Of a DNA stretch of 64,000 nt, positions 36,886 through 48,300 are shown in pieces. The translations under genes and the position numbers were made by a program. The stretch is from Candidatus Multivorans sp. (lineage in GTDB: Bacteria; Acidobacteriota; Thermoanaerobaculia; Multivoradales; Multivoraceae). The notes under the pieces were generated by a model. The model was not told the origin of the DNA. It ran no database searches and saw only the letters and a program-made list of their open reading frames with translations. The stretch lies in contig OZ245033.1 of NCBI GenBank assembly GCA_965224025.1, positions 1,664,001 through 1,728,000 of the forward strand, in the 5' to 3' direction. The first letter of the stretch is position 1. Every line of letters begins with the position of its first letter.

Positions 36886-38547
36886 TCAAACCTCCTGCGC
36901 GGCGAGTTCGCCCACCGCCCACTCGCGCAGACCGTTGTAGTCGGCCTTGCCATTCGCCGCCCGGCCCACGGTGTCGCGCACCAGAACGCGCTTGGGCGCC
37001 TTGTAGGACGCCAGTTCCCGCTTCACCCAACCGATCACATCCGGCTCGCTGAAGCGCCGGGGGCCGTCGAGTTCGACCACGGCCGTCACCGCCTGTCCAA
37101 AGCGCTCGTGCGGCACCCCGACGCAAACCGCGTCGCGCACCGAGGGGTGCGTCTTCAGCACCTCTTCGACTTCCTCGGGGAAGATCTTCTCGCCGCCGCT
37201 GTTGATGCATACCGAGCCGCGGCCGTAGAGCTTGAGCGAGCCGTCCGCTTCGACAGTCGCGTAGTCGCCAGCCATCGAGTACCGCGCGCCGTCGACATCC
37301 ACGAAGGTTGCCGCCGTTTTCTCGGGATCCTTGTAGTAGCCGAGAGGAATGTGCCCGGTCACGGCAATTCGCCCCAACACCCCCGAGCCCGGCTCGATCT
37401 TGTTGCCGTCGTCGTCCAGGACACAGGCGTTGTCACCGAGCACGAAGGACGCGGTCTCACTGGCCTCGCGGGCGGTCGAGTCGGACCGCCCCATGCCGAT
37501 GGACTCGGACGAACCCAGGCTGTCCGTCAACACCGTCTCTTCCGGGCAGGAGCGCAGGAAGCTGCGCTTGACTTCGGCACTCCACATGGCGCCGGAAGAA
37601 ACGACGACCTCGAGGCTCTTGAGATCGAAGCGACCAGGCTCTTCCTCGAGGGCTAGGACCATCGGACGGGCGAACGCGTCGCCGACGATCGCCATCGCGT
37701 TGATTCCTTCCCTGGTGATCGCCTCAAGCGTGGCGATCGCGTCGAAGCGGCGGTTGGCGAGGGTGATCACGCAACCACCGTTCAGCATGCTTCCCAGCGC
37801 AGTGAGAAAGCCGGTTCCGTGCATCAGGGGACAGGAAGGCAGGGACACGCGCCGCATCAGGAGCTTGTCGAACTGGGGTTTCAGCCCCTCGACCCCGCCC
37901 GAGAGATCAAAGGGATCAATGCGGCCGTCGTTGCTGATGTGCCACAGATCGTCAAGGCGCCACATGACGCCCTTGGGCATGCCGGTCGTGCCGCCGGTGT
38001 AGAGAAGCCACAGGTCGTCGCCGCTACGCGGCCAAGGGGCTTCGAACGTGAGCGAGCCCCCGGGACCCGGCGCCGACTCGGCCGCCTCTTCGTAGGGAAT
38101 CGCCCACTCCGGGCAAGGGCCTGAGCCGTCGTCGACCCACAGCCAGGTGTGGATGGATGGCACCTTCGGCCGCAAGACCTCGATCCGGCTGGCGAAGGAG
38201 CCGTGGAAGATCACCGCCACCACATCCGCGTTGTCCCACAGGTAGAGCAGTTCGCCCTCGACGTAGCGGTAGTTCGTGTTGACCGGCACCAGGGATGCCT
38301 TGAAGCACGCCAGCACCGACTCCATGTACTCAGGCACGTTGTAGAGGTACTGCGCCACCTTGTCCTGACGCCTGAGGCCGCGCTCGATCAGGGTCGCCGC
38401 CACGCCGTTCGCGCGCCGGTGCATCTCGGCTTGGGAGTACCGGCGGCTCGGGGCGCCGCCCAGGGGATCGATGAAGGCCTGCGCCGGGGCGTCCGGCTGA
38501 TGCTCCGCGATCGCTTCGAGAATGTCCGCGTGATGCCAGTCGCTCAT
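36886..38547 (-). CDS. Acyl-CoA synthetase (FadD19-like AMP-binding enzyme)
   Basis: YTGGTTGMPKGVMW, GSSE, GDYA, GRGSVCINSGGEKIFPEEVE. Confidence 0.93.
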   Translation of the reverse strand: MSDWHHADILEAIAEHQPDAPAQAFIDPLGGAPSRRYSQAEMHRRANGVAATLIERGLRRQDKVAQYLYNVPEYMESVLACFKASLVPVNTNYRYVEGELLYLWDNADVVAVIFHGSFASRIEVLRPKVPSIHTWLWVDDGSGPCPEWAIPYEEAAESAPGPGGSLTFEAPWPRSGDDLWLLYTGGTTGMPKGVMWRLDDLWHISNDGRIDPFDLSGGVEGLKPQFDKLLMRRVSLPSCPLMHGTGFLTALGSMLNGGCVITLANRRFDAIATLEAITREGINAMAIVGDAFARPMVLALEEEPGRFDLKSLEVVVSSGAMWSAEVKRSFLRSCPEETVLTDSLGSSESIGMGRSDSTAREASETASFVLGDNACVLDDDGNKIEPGSGVLGRIAVTGHIPLGYYKDPEKTAATFVDVDGARYSMAGDYATVEADGSLKLYGRGSVCINSGGEKIFPEEVEEVLKTHPSVRDAVCVGVPHERFGQAVTAVVELDGPRRFSEPDVIGWVKRELASYKAPKRVLVRDTVGRAANGKADYNGLREWAVGELAAQEV

Positions 38548-38681
38548 GGGCGCAGGAATCTAGCAGTCCCCCTTGGCGCCGGCCACATCACCTATCCTTG
38601 TCGGGAAGCAACATCACCGGCCCGGCCCCGACCACAAGATCTCATGCTGGGAGCTGGGCCAACAAGAAGGGGAGGTTGGCC

Positions 38682-40595
38682 ATGAAGAGTCGCTTCGCAT
38701 CGATCCGAGGCGCCCGCAGAAGTCTCGCGGCGTCGTCCTGCACACTCTCGACGATTGCATTCCTGCTGGGGTCGACGCTGCCGGCCTCGGCGCAGAAGAA
38801 CAACGTCATCCTGTTCATCGGCGACGGCATGGGCGTGTCGACCGTCACCTCCACCCGCATAGCGACGGTGGGCGTCGACGGGCAACTGGCGCTGGACCGC
38901 TTGCCTCACACCGCCATCTCGCGGACGGCGTCGGCCGACTACATCACCCCCGACAGCGCCGCCACGATGTCGGCGATGATGACCGGAGTCAACACAAACT
39001 CGGGCGTGATCGGCTACGGCCCAACCGCCGAGTACGCGGACTTCAACGGCAACGGCGACGGCCCGCGGTTGACCAACATCGGCGAGCTGGCCATCTCGAT
39101 GGGCTACGCGGTCGGAATCGTGACGACGACGCGAGTCACTCACGCGACCCCCGCGGGCGTGTTCGCCCATGTCAACAACCGCAACCTGGAGAACGACATC
39201 GCCGCGCAAGCGGTATCCGGTGGTGCAGGTTTCAACGCCCGCCTCGGAGAGGGGCTACACGTCATCTTCGGAGGCGGCCGGCGGCACTTCCTTCCCACTT
39301 CGGCATCGGACGACGAGGGTCTTCCGGGACGGCGGTCGGACGGCCGCGACCTGCGAAACGAGTTACAGCAGCGTGGCTATCGCTACGTCTGGAACCGGCA
39401 GGGACTCAACTCGCTGGGCGGTTCCGGCCGCGCCATCGGTCTGTTCGCGTCGAGTCACCTGGAGTACGAAGCGGACCGGGACAGCGGCGAGCCGAGCCTG
39501 GAGGAGATGACCAGGAAGGCGATCCAGATTCTCGGCGCGACGGGGAAGCCGTACTTCCTGATGGTTGAAGCGGGACGAATCGACCATGCGCACCACGAGG
39601 GGAATGCCTTTCGCGCCTTCACCGATACCCGGATGTTCGATCGAGCGATCAACGCCGCACAGCGGAGCGTGAATCTCAACAGGACCCTGATCCTCGCGAC
39701 CGCAGACCACAGCCACGTCTTCACGATCGCCGGCTACCCGATGCGACCGCTCGGCGACCTGCGCTACAGCCCCCGCTCTGTGCCCGCGTCGTTCCGCAAC
39801 CAGCCGCACAACGGCATCCTGGGAACGGTCCACGACATGGACAGCGGAGGCACGATCTCGGAGAGCGGAGACTCGGGGGGCATTTCCTACACCATCCTGG
39901 GCTACGCCAACGGGCCGGGACATCGGAACGGTTCGCGCGTCAATCCGAACAGCGACAGGACAGCAGGCTACGGCGGCGCCGTTCCTTCGAGCAGCAGCCA
40001 CTCGGCGTACCGGCAGGAAGCAACGGTACCGCTGTTCTCGGAGACGCACGCCGGCGAAGACGTGATGATCTACGCGGTCGGCCGCACGTCGGAGAACGTG
40101 CGCGGCACCGTGCCCAACACCAAGGTGTTCGACTGGATCAAGGACGGTTTCGCCGATAGAGGCTCGCGCCCGCCTCAGCCGGACCCGGATCCTGGCCCGG
40201 ACCCGGATCCCGATCCGGATCCGACCCCGGATCCGCCGCCTCCGAGCTCGGGAAGCTGCACACCGACGACCACGGCGCTTCAGTTCGACGGTGGCTACGA
40301 GGTCAGCATGTGCTACGTCACGCCAGGCGGGGAGGAAGGCCAGGCCAAGGCCGAAGTCTGGTCCAGCGAGGCCGGCATTCTGTGGTTCTTCGGCCGCGAG
40401 AACCCCGAGGTCCTCGTCAAGGTGCTGAACGGTTGCACGCACAACGACCACCGTTGGGTGTTCGTGGCGCCGGTGACTACGCTTGATTTCACTCTGTGGG
40501 TGACGGCACGCGACGGCACACGCTGGACGCACGGCAACCGGCAGGGGATGACCGCCGCCACGAAGAGCGACATCACGGCGTTCCCCTGCGGATAG
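38682..40595 (+). CDS. phoA: Alkaline phosphatase with Pro-Asp linker and C-terminal 4-Cys module
   Basis: NVILFIGDGMG, active-site DSAAT, THATPA, LMVEAGRIDHAHH, TADHSH, ETHAGEDV; signal peptide; GGAGG RBS. Confidence 0.92.
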   Translation: MKSRFASIRGARRSLAASSCTLSTIAFLLGSTLPASAQKNNVILFIGDGMGVSTVTSTRIATVGVDGQLALDRLPHTAISRTASADYITPDSAATMSAMMTGVNTNSGVIGYGPTAEYADFNGNGDGPRLTNIGELAISMGYAVGIVTTTRVTHATPAGVFAHVNNRNLENDIAAQAVSGGAGFNARLGEGLHVIFGGGRRHFLPTSASDDEGLPGRRSDGRDLRNELQQRGYRYVWNRQGLNSLGGSGRAIGLFASSHLEYEADRDSGEPSLEEMTRKAIQILGATGKPYFLMVEAGRIDHAHHEGNAFRAFTDTRMFDRAINAAQRSVNLNRTLILATADHSHVFTIAGYPMRPLGDLRYSPRSVPASFRNQPHNGILGTVHDMDSGGTISESGDSGGISYTILGYANGPGHRNGSRVNPNSDRTAGYGGAVPSSSSHSAYRQEATVPLFSETHAGEDVMIYAVGRTSENVRGTVPNTKVFDWIKDGFADRGSRPPQPDPDPGPDPDPDPDPTPDPPPPSSGSCTPTTTALQFDGGYEVSMCYVTPGGEEGQAKAEVWSSEAGILWFFGRENPEVLVKVLNGCTHNDHRWVFVAPVTTLDFTLWVTARDGTRWTHGNRQGMTAATKSDITAFPCG

Positions 40596-40678
40596 AGCCC
40601 GAACGGCGCGAGGACGCCTGCAGTGTCCTTTCCCACTGACTCGTCTCGTCTTGGCGCCCTGGGAGCAGCCCAGGGCGC

Positions 40679-40713
40679 GACCGCCGCCACGAAGAGCGAC
40701 ATCACGGCGTTCC
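40679..40713 (+). repeat. 35-bp exact duplicate of the phoA module 3' end (40550-40584)
   Basis: gaccgccgccacgaagagcgacatcacggcgttcc is present at both positions. Confidence 0.9.
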
Positions 40714-40863
40714 GCCGCTAGTAGCCAGGGGCCGTGAAACGGGCGACACGCGGGCGGCCCCGCCCCATCAGACGGGTTACCTGAGAAGCGCCTGGGTGGC
40801 GGCGCCCAGCCGAACGTATACATCGCGTTCTCCTGCGCCAGCGCAGGATCGAACCTCCTCGAC

Positions 40864-41620
40864 GTGTCGCCCGCGGAGGAAACGGCCGGCGGACCGGCGG
40901 GCCGAATCGGCGTGGTCGTCCACGCCATCGAGTCGTTCGGAAGACCCTTCGTCATCGCCTTCGTCGAGCTGGAACGCCTGAACCCCGCCTCCGTCCCGCT
41001 CCTGGCGTTCCTCCTGCGACGCGGGCCCTCCAACCTGCACCTGGTGTTCGCGGGCCGGGAGGTCCCTGACGGTCTCGATGTAGCCAGTCCCCTGCTCAGC
41101 GGTCACGCGCAGGCGGTGGAAGCCGAAGACTTGAGGTTCTCCCGAGCAGAGGTGGCCAAGTTCTTCGGCCTGCGCCTTTCCCGTCGCGCACTGGCGAAAG
41201 AAATCGACCGTTCGGCCGGATGGCCGGTCGCACTCCGTATCTCCCGGAACAGCATGGAACGCGAAGCGGACGACGGCCGCGACAGTGCGGATGGGTTCGT
41301 GGGGGAACTGGATCGAGTCCCGCCTGTTGGCGACTCTTGGGCGCCGCGACCGGGACTTCGTTCTGGACATGTCGCTGCTCGACTGGATCGACGCGACCCT
41401 GTTGGACGAAGTCCTGCAGCGAAGCGACTCCATGCGCCACTTCGAGTCCATGACCGCGCTGACGGGGTTGCTCGAGGTGTTGAGTGACGGCGCATCCCGA
41501 CGTTGGCGGCTGCATCCGCTAGTGCGCGAGCATTGCGCCGAAAGGCGATTTTGCGAAGACCCGGAGCGTTTTTCCGCTATTCATCGGCGAATCGCCACCG
41601 CCATGGCGAGACGCCGCCGA
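40864..41620 (+). pseudogene. MalT-like STAND ATPase/LuxR regulator fragment
   Basis: NLHLVFAGR, DLRFSRAE, SAGWPVALR, then a frameshift near 41300 to ...WRLHPLVREH; N-terminal Walker A and C-terminal HTH are absent. Confidence 0.75.
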
Positions 41621-42098
41621 ACCATAGCACCTGAGGCTGTTCGCCGAATCTCTATATGCGTGGCCGTTGGTGCGGGATCGCGCCGCTTGCGCGAACGTGT
41701 TGCGGACGTACGTCGACTTGGACGCGGACGCCCCCTACAGGCAAGCCGCACGTTCGCTTCTGGCGATGTGTGGTGCCCACGCTCGTTGCTATACTCCTCG
41801 GCGTGGAAACCTCGCGCGCACTTCCGAATCGCCGCGCCACGGACCGGGGCGAGCTTGGGGTCTTCGGGGATCGGACGACTACCATCAGTTGGAGTGCGCC
41901 GGTGTGTGCGGAGCGCGTACAACTCGCACAGGGAGACACGGACATGGCAACCACGAGAACGTCCCGAGAACAAGGAATCGACCAAGGGAATGGGATTGAG
42001 GGAGTTCACCTTGCCCGGCTCGCCAGCCTGCTGGCCCTGACGGCGTTGGCCATGGCCGCGTCGGCGCCATTGGCCGCTCAGCAGGGGCGGGATCTTCT

Positions 42099-43596
42099 GC
42101 CTCTTTCGAGTTGCGAGTGGGTAGGGCGCGGGCGAGTGCAGATGCTGAGGGGGTCTTGGGATAGCGGCCTCCGCCGCCGTAGCCGCCGCCGTCGGGCTGT
42201 GGAATCTGCGGAAGACCGGTAGCGGCGAGGGCGCAAGCTGTCCGGTGGGGAGGGCGTTCGCGGCGATTTCGGGTGGCGGCTGTAGTCGCGGGCGATCGGA
42301 ATGAGCAAGACTCGTCTCTCCTGTTCCGACTGAAGGAGGACGAGAGATGCAGAGGGAATTGTTCGCGAGAGCGCTGGGCGTGTCGGCGCCGTGGTTCGTT
42401 GACGGCGTGGACTTCTGTGAGAGGGAGCGTCGGTTGACGATACGGATCGACTTCAGGAAGGGCAGCCGATTCGCCCACGAGGGGGACGGCGGTTCTCATC
42501 CGGTGCACGACACGCAGATCAAGCGCTATCGGCACCTCAACTTCTTCCAGCACGAGTGCCTGCTCGAGGCGCGAGTGCCCCGTGTGCGACTCCCCGACCA
42601 GCGGGTGGCGTTGGTGACTCCGCCCTGGTCGGGCAGATTGTCCGGCTTCACGCTGCTGTTCGAAGCCTTGATTCTGGCCATGTGCCGAGACATGACCTTC
42701 GCTGCGGTGGCCCGGTTGACCGGGGTGTCGTGGCATCGGGTGCACGCGATCTGCAAGCGCTACGTCGAGCTGGCGGTCGACCGGGACGACCTCTCCGAAC
42801 TGCGCCACGTGGCCATTGACGAGACTTCCCGCGCCAAGGGGCACGACTACGTGACCGCGGTCGCCGACAGCGAGCGCCGGCGCGTGGTGTTCCTCGCCGA
42901 GGGACGCAAGTCCGGCACGATCGAGGAGTTCGCCGACGATCTGCAAAGGCGCGGCGGCGATCCCGCCGCGATCAGCCGGGCGTCCATCGACATGTCGGCC
43001 GCCTTCCTCAAGGGCGTCGCCGAGAATCTCCCCAACGCCGAGGTGACCCTCGACAAGTTCCACGTCATGGCCCTGGCCTCGAAGGCGGTGGACGAGACCC
43101 GGCGCCTCGAACAGCGCCTCGATCCGTCGCTGAAGGGCCTGCGCTGGACGCTGCTCAAGAACCGCGACTCCCTGACGCCGGCCCAACGGGCCGACCTCGA
43201 CCGCTTCGTCAAGAGGGTCGCCAGCCGACGCACCGCACGCGCCTGGCTCTATCGGGAGCAACTCCGCGAAATTCTCAACCGCAAGCAGATCAACGTCGTG
43301 CTGCGAATGCTCCATCAGTGGTGCACCAACGTGAACCGCTCCAAGGTCGAACCCATGAAGGCCGTCGCCCGCACCATCCGAAAGCACCTGCAAGCGATCG
43401 CTGCCTGGGCGCGAACCCGGCAGACCAACGGCTTCCTCGAAGCCCTCAACGGACTCTTCCAGTCCGCCAAACGCAAGGCCAGAGGCTACAAGCGATTCGA
43501 CACCATACGCATCGCCTTCTTCCTCATCGCCGGCAAACTCGACTTCCACACGCTCAACCCGCACACCGCTTGACCCACTCGTAATTCAAAAGAGCC
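42099..43596 (+). mobile_element. ISL3-family insertion sequence
   Basis: Imperfect terminal IRs gcctctttcgagttgcgagtgggt / acccactcgtaattcaaaagagcc; 8-bp TSD GATCTTCT at 42091-42098 and 43597-43604. Confidence 0.93.
42347..43573 (+). CDS. ISL3-family DDE transposase
   Basis: VAIDETS, SIDMS, LDKFHV, TNGFLEALNG...KRKARGY. Confidence 0.96.
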   Translation: MQRELFARALGVSAPWFVDGVDFCERERRLTIRIDFRKGSRFAHEGDGGSHPVHDTQIKRYRHLNFFQHECLLEARVPRVRLPDQRVALVTPPWSGRLSGFTLLFEALILAMCRDMTFAAVARLTGVSWHRVHAICKRYVELAVDRDDLSELRHVAIDETSRAKGHDYVTAVADSERRRVVFLAEGRKSGTIEEFADDLQRRGGDPAAISRASIDMSAAFLKGVAENLPNAEVTLDKFHVMALASKAVDETRRLEQRLDPSLKGLRWTLLKNRDSLTPAQRADLDRFVKRVASRRTARAWLYREQLREILNRKQINVVLRMLHQWCTNVNRSKVEPMKAVARTIRKHLQAIAAWARTRQTNGFLEALNGLFQSAKRKARGYKRFDTIRIAFFLIAGKLDFHTLNPHTA

Positions 43597-45352
43597 GATC
43601 TTCTTGCCTGGGAAGAGCCACTCCGCGAGCAGGTCTTCGCCAAGGAGGCCGTCCGCAACGCCGTCTATGGCGCCGGCAGCATCTCGCTGGTCGGCGCGAC
43701 GGCGTCCGACCCGACTGGAGTACCTTCTGCCGCCACTACGGAGTACAAGTACGACGATGGAGACACGCGTACAAGCAGCGTGCTGCAGACGAGCGCCGGG
43801 GACGTTCACGAACAGGAGTTCGCTCAGCGGTTCCGGCTGCGCGGGAGAGGCACCGTGAGCTATGTGACGCTCTGCGTTGCCAGAAGGCAGAACGTCGGCA
43901 ACAGCAATCGGCTGCCATTCAAGGTCACCCTCTACAGAGATTCCGGGGGGCGTCCGGGACGGTCACTAAACGTGTATGATGCCAGTGTGACCAGTCCGTC
44001 CGCCGGAGCGGCCGAGTGCTTCAGGTTGGCGGGTGCCATCGCTGGACAACAGCTCAGCAGCGGTGACACATGGGTCGGCGTGTCGTGGCTGTCCTCAACC
44101 GGAATGGCAATGATGGTCGATGACGGCTCGGTCGGCAGCACGAAGCTCAGCGTAAGGGCCCGAGTGAACTCTGGCTTGAGTTGGGTCCCTTGGCAGGATC
44201 ATCCCACGCCGTCGGTCAGGGTCTTTCTGATCCGCCTGGGCGTAGACCATGGAGGCAGCACGCCCGACCCGGACCCGGACCCGGAGCCGCCTCCGACCTC
44301 CGGCTGCCGGCCGACGACTGCGGCCCTTCAGTTCGACGGCGGGTACGAAGTCAGCATGTGCTACCGCACGCCCCAGGGCGAGGAAGGTCAGGCCAAGTCC
44401 GGCGTCTGGGCCTCCAGCCAGTCGGGAATTCTGTGGTTCTTCAGCCGCGAGAACGCAGAGGTCCTGGTGAAAGTGCTCGACGGTTGCGCTCACAACGGCC
44501 ATCGCTGGGTCTTCGTGGCTCCCGTCACGACTCTGGAGTTCAACCTCCGGGTGACGGGACCGAACGGCAAGCGGTGGACCCACAGCAACCGGCAGAACGT
44601 AACGGCGACAACCAAGAGCGATACCTCCGCGTTCAAGTGCGCCGACGAATCCGATGGGGACGACGATGATGACGACGACGACGGGGAAGAGGCGGCGCCG
44701 GATCTCGTCGTGTCGAATCCGTCGGTAAGCGACAGCAGCCCGAGTGCGGGCGGGACCTTCACCCTCCGAGCGACGGTACGCAACCAGGGTGACGCGCGGT
44801 CCGCCTCCACCACCCTCCGCTACCACCGCTCGTCCAATTCGACGATCAACTCCTCGGATACCCAGGTCGGAACGGACGCAGTAGGCGCCCTTTCTGCCTC
44901 GCGCACCAGCGCCGAGTCGATCAGCCTCACGGCGCCGTCGAGCGCCGGTACGTACTACTACGGCGCCTGCGTCGACTCCGTCTCGGGCGAATCGAACCGG
45001 GCCAACAACTGCTCAAGTGGTGTACGTGTGACCGTCAGCAGCGGAGGCGATTCAGGCACAAGGTACAGCGTGGGCGATGTGATCTCGACGCTACCTGGCG
45101 ATTCCTGGTCTTTCGCCGGAACCCTCTCGCGCTGCTCCTTCGCCAGCCCTGGCGGTCGTACAGTCGTGGAGTGCCCCAGTGGCGGCTTCGTGGAGCGGCG
45201 GCCCTATCGCTACACCTGCGAGGCATCCACCTGTCGAATCGAGGGCAGAACGGTTACGCAAGGGACCTGGTTGGAGACCAGGAGGTGAGCGCGCCGCAGC
45301 GACAGCGAGCCGTTGCGGCAAGCGTCAGTCAAGAACCGCTGCTGACGAGACC

Positions 45353-48300
45353 GTGACCCCGGCGGCAGCAACCGGCTTCCGTCGCGAAGACTGCCGCGCG
45401 GAGCGCGAGACCGGTCCTCTCGGCGTCGGACTGGCGCTCGCCTTGGCTATCTCCGCGCCCGCCGCAGCACTCACCCAGGCCGGGCCGGCGGACGAGTCGA
45501 CGGTCGACCACTCGAACGCCGCCGCCCTGAGCCGCGGCGAGTACAGCGACTGCACGCCCGCCACGACGGTGCTCATGTTCGACGGCGGCTACGGTGTCAG
45601 CCTATGCTGGGAGACGGCCCAAGGAACGACCGGCCTTGGTCGGGCAGGGATCTGGGCGTCGGCCGAGTCGGGAATCGTGTGGTTCTTCAGCCGCGAGAAC
45701 GCCGAGATGCTGGTCAAGGTGCTCAACGGCTGTGCGCACAACGGCTACCGGTGGGTGTTCGTCGCCCCCGTGACCGACGTCGCATTCAACCTGCATGTGA
45801 CGAGCAGCCGCGGCAACCGCTGGATCCACCGGAACCGACTGGGTGAGACCGCCGCGACCAACAGCGACTTGACGGCGTTCAAGTGCGCGACGGACGACGC
45901 CTACGGGGCGGATCTGGCCGTTCGAGCCCCTTCGGTCAGCAACGCCGACGTCGAGCCGGGGGAGTCCTTCTCCCTCCAGGTGCTGGTGGACAACCGGGGC
46001 GATGATCAGTCAGCCGCCACAACACTCCGTTACTGGGAATCGACGGACGCCACGATCAGCAGGAATGACGCGATCGTCGGGACCGACTCGGTGAGCGCTC
46101 TGGCCGCCTCCGGAACCGCCGCCAACTCCATCGGTCTAAACGCGCCGACGGACCCCGGGACCTTCTACTACTACGCCTGCGTCGACCCCGTGCCGGGCGA
46201 AGCGAACACGGCGAACAACTGCTCCTCCGCCGCGGCCGTAAGGGTGAGCGTTCCCGAGGCGCCGCCGGCTCTTGAGAGCGAAGGCGACCTGCAGGCCGCC
46301 TCGGGCGACACGACCACCTTGTTCACGGGAGTCGCGAATGCCGCCGGCGATCTCTACAGCTTCGGCGCGTGGTCCGACGATGAAGCGGTCGCCGTCGTCG
46401 AGGAAGTGAGAGGTTCGAGATCGGAACGATTGCTCCTCGTCACCGGCAAGAAGGCCGGAACGGCGACCGTTACGGTCGCCGCCGTCAATAGCCAGGGCGA
46501 ACCGTCGGCGCTCTCCACCTTCGACGTCCGGGTCACGTCGCCCACCTCGGCCGCACCCGCTCTCGAGACCGGGCCAAGTGACGACGTGCTCAATGTCGCG
46601 TTCCGTGCCACGCTCCGGCCCCTGGAAACCCGCGCCTACGACTACCAGGTCCGCCTGCGGAGACCCCAGACCGTATGGACCGATGTCGGGTGCGTGCCGG
46701 CACGCAACTCGTCGAACAGCACATCCACCGGATCCGTCTCCACCATGCTCAGCGGACTCCGGGCGGGTACCACTTACGACGTGCGGTACCGATCCCGTCG
46801 CAGCGCGTCATGCAACACGGGTGCGCCGGTCATCTGGTCCTCGGTGGGTACGGGCACGACGAGCGGCACTCCGATCAACGAACCGCCGACCTTCCCCGCT
46901 TCCACTCCGGGAACGGTCTCGGTGAACGAGAACGCGGGCGCCGACATCAACGTCGGGCCGCCCGTCGACGCCGTCGACCCCGATGGCGTCCGGGACATCC
47001 TCACCTACAGCTTGGAGGGGCAGGATGCGGGGAGGTTTGAGGTCGTTCCCGAAACCGGGCAGATCCGCACCCGCGGCGGTCGCAGCTACGACTTCGAGGC
47101 TCGGGACACCTACAACGTCACGGTGGAAGCGCGGGATGTCCACGACGAGACGGAGAGCTTCCCGGTCACGATCAAGGTCCTCGACCTCGAGCAAGGCTGC
47201 TCGCTGCCACCGAGGCTTCGCCTCAATCCCCAGGACCGGCTACTCATCGTGCGATGGGATCCACTCGAGGACGAAGACGGGAAAGCCGCCGTCTTCGGCT
47301 ACGAGATCGAGCGACGCACCGGCTCGAGTGGCGCCTGGAGCGACCGTGTCGTCGTCAGGGGACGCGAGAAGGACCTCGTGTACCTGTCCGGTCTGACGAA
47401 CCTTCAACCCTATGAGGTTCGAATCCGTCCCTATGGCCCGGAGGGCGATTGCGCTTGGTCCGAGCCGGTATCCGGAATCCCGCAAACGGACCGGGCGCCG
47501 CTGGATCGCCAGGACTTCCAGGATCGCCTGGAGCCCGGCGGAAGACTCAGGGACTGGCGCTTCCTCCCAACCGGCAGGTTCAGCGAACCGCGGGACGGCC
47601 GTCGGGTTCACGGCAGCTACCGCTACGAGAAGGCCGGTCCCGACCGGGGCTTGATCACCCTCGAATACGACGAGGTCGGCCGCTCCGGCTGCGCGCTCTC
47701 CCTCTTGTTCTCGTCGCTCACTTCCGGTTCGTTCCTCGACGAGTGCAAGGGGGCCGGCGTGAACACCGACTTCGACCTCGAGGAACCACCGCCCGAGCCG
47801 GAGAATCTCGCGCCGCGGAGCCAGCAGCAGTTCGAGGCGCTCGCAGGGGGAAAGCCGTTTCTGCCCGGCCTGCAGATCGGCGGCCGCATCTCCGGGCGAA
47901 GATTTTCTGTGCGCTTGACACCGGGCTATGTTGCTCACTCGAGACCCAGCGCGGATCCGGACTCGGTAGCCACTCGTTTCGGCCGCTACGAGTACGAACA
48001 TGTGGGTCCCAACCGAGCTCGACTCGTCCTGTGCTTCAAACGGTACACTGAGGATGCCGACGAGCGCTGGGTCATCGACCTGGAGTTCATCTCCGGCGAC
48101 GCCGCAAAGTACACCATCACCCTGCACCGCAAGGGGCACGCACCACGCACGCTGGAGGGATTCATCGACTTCAAGAGCGGCGACTACCTCAGCAACTTCC
48201 CTCCTGAACTCGTACCACCCGGTCACCCACCGCAGGCCGCGGGCCGCGACCTGCTGGGCATCGACGCCGCGACCGGTTCGACTTCGCTCAGCATCGGCGC

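Larger units (their letters stand above)
41944..45288 (+). pseudogene. Secreted protein (4-Cys module + CARDB-like domain) interrupted by ISL3
   Basis: Signal peptide at 41944-42098 (LASLLALTALAMAASAPLAAQ) is in the same frame as 43597-45288; removing the IS and one GATCTTCT restores a continuous ORF. Confidence 0.85.

Noticed and set aside
41885-43564. 559-aa antisense ORF over the IS, and other long shadow ORFs (e.g. 7438-9147, 24135-26051, 52592-54292, 58825-60579)
   Set aside because: They overlap well-supported genes on the opposite strand and are expected in high-GC DNA; no motifs were recognised.
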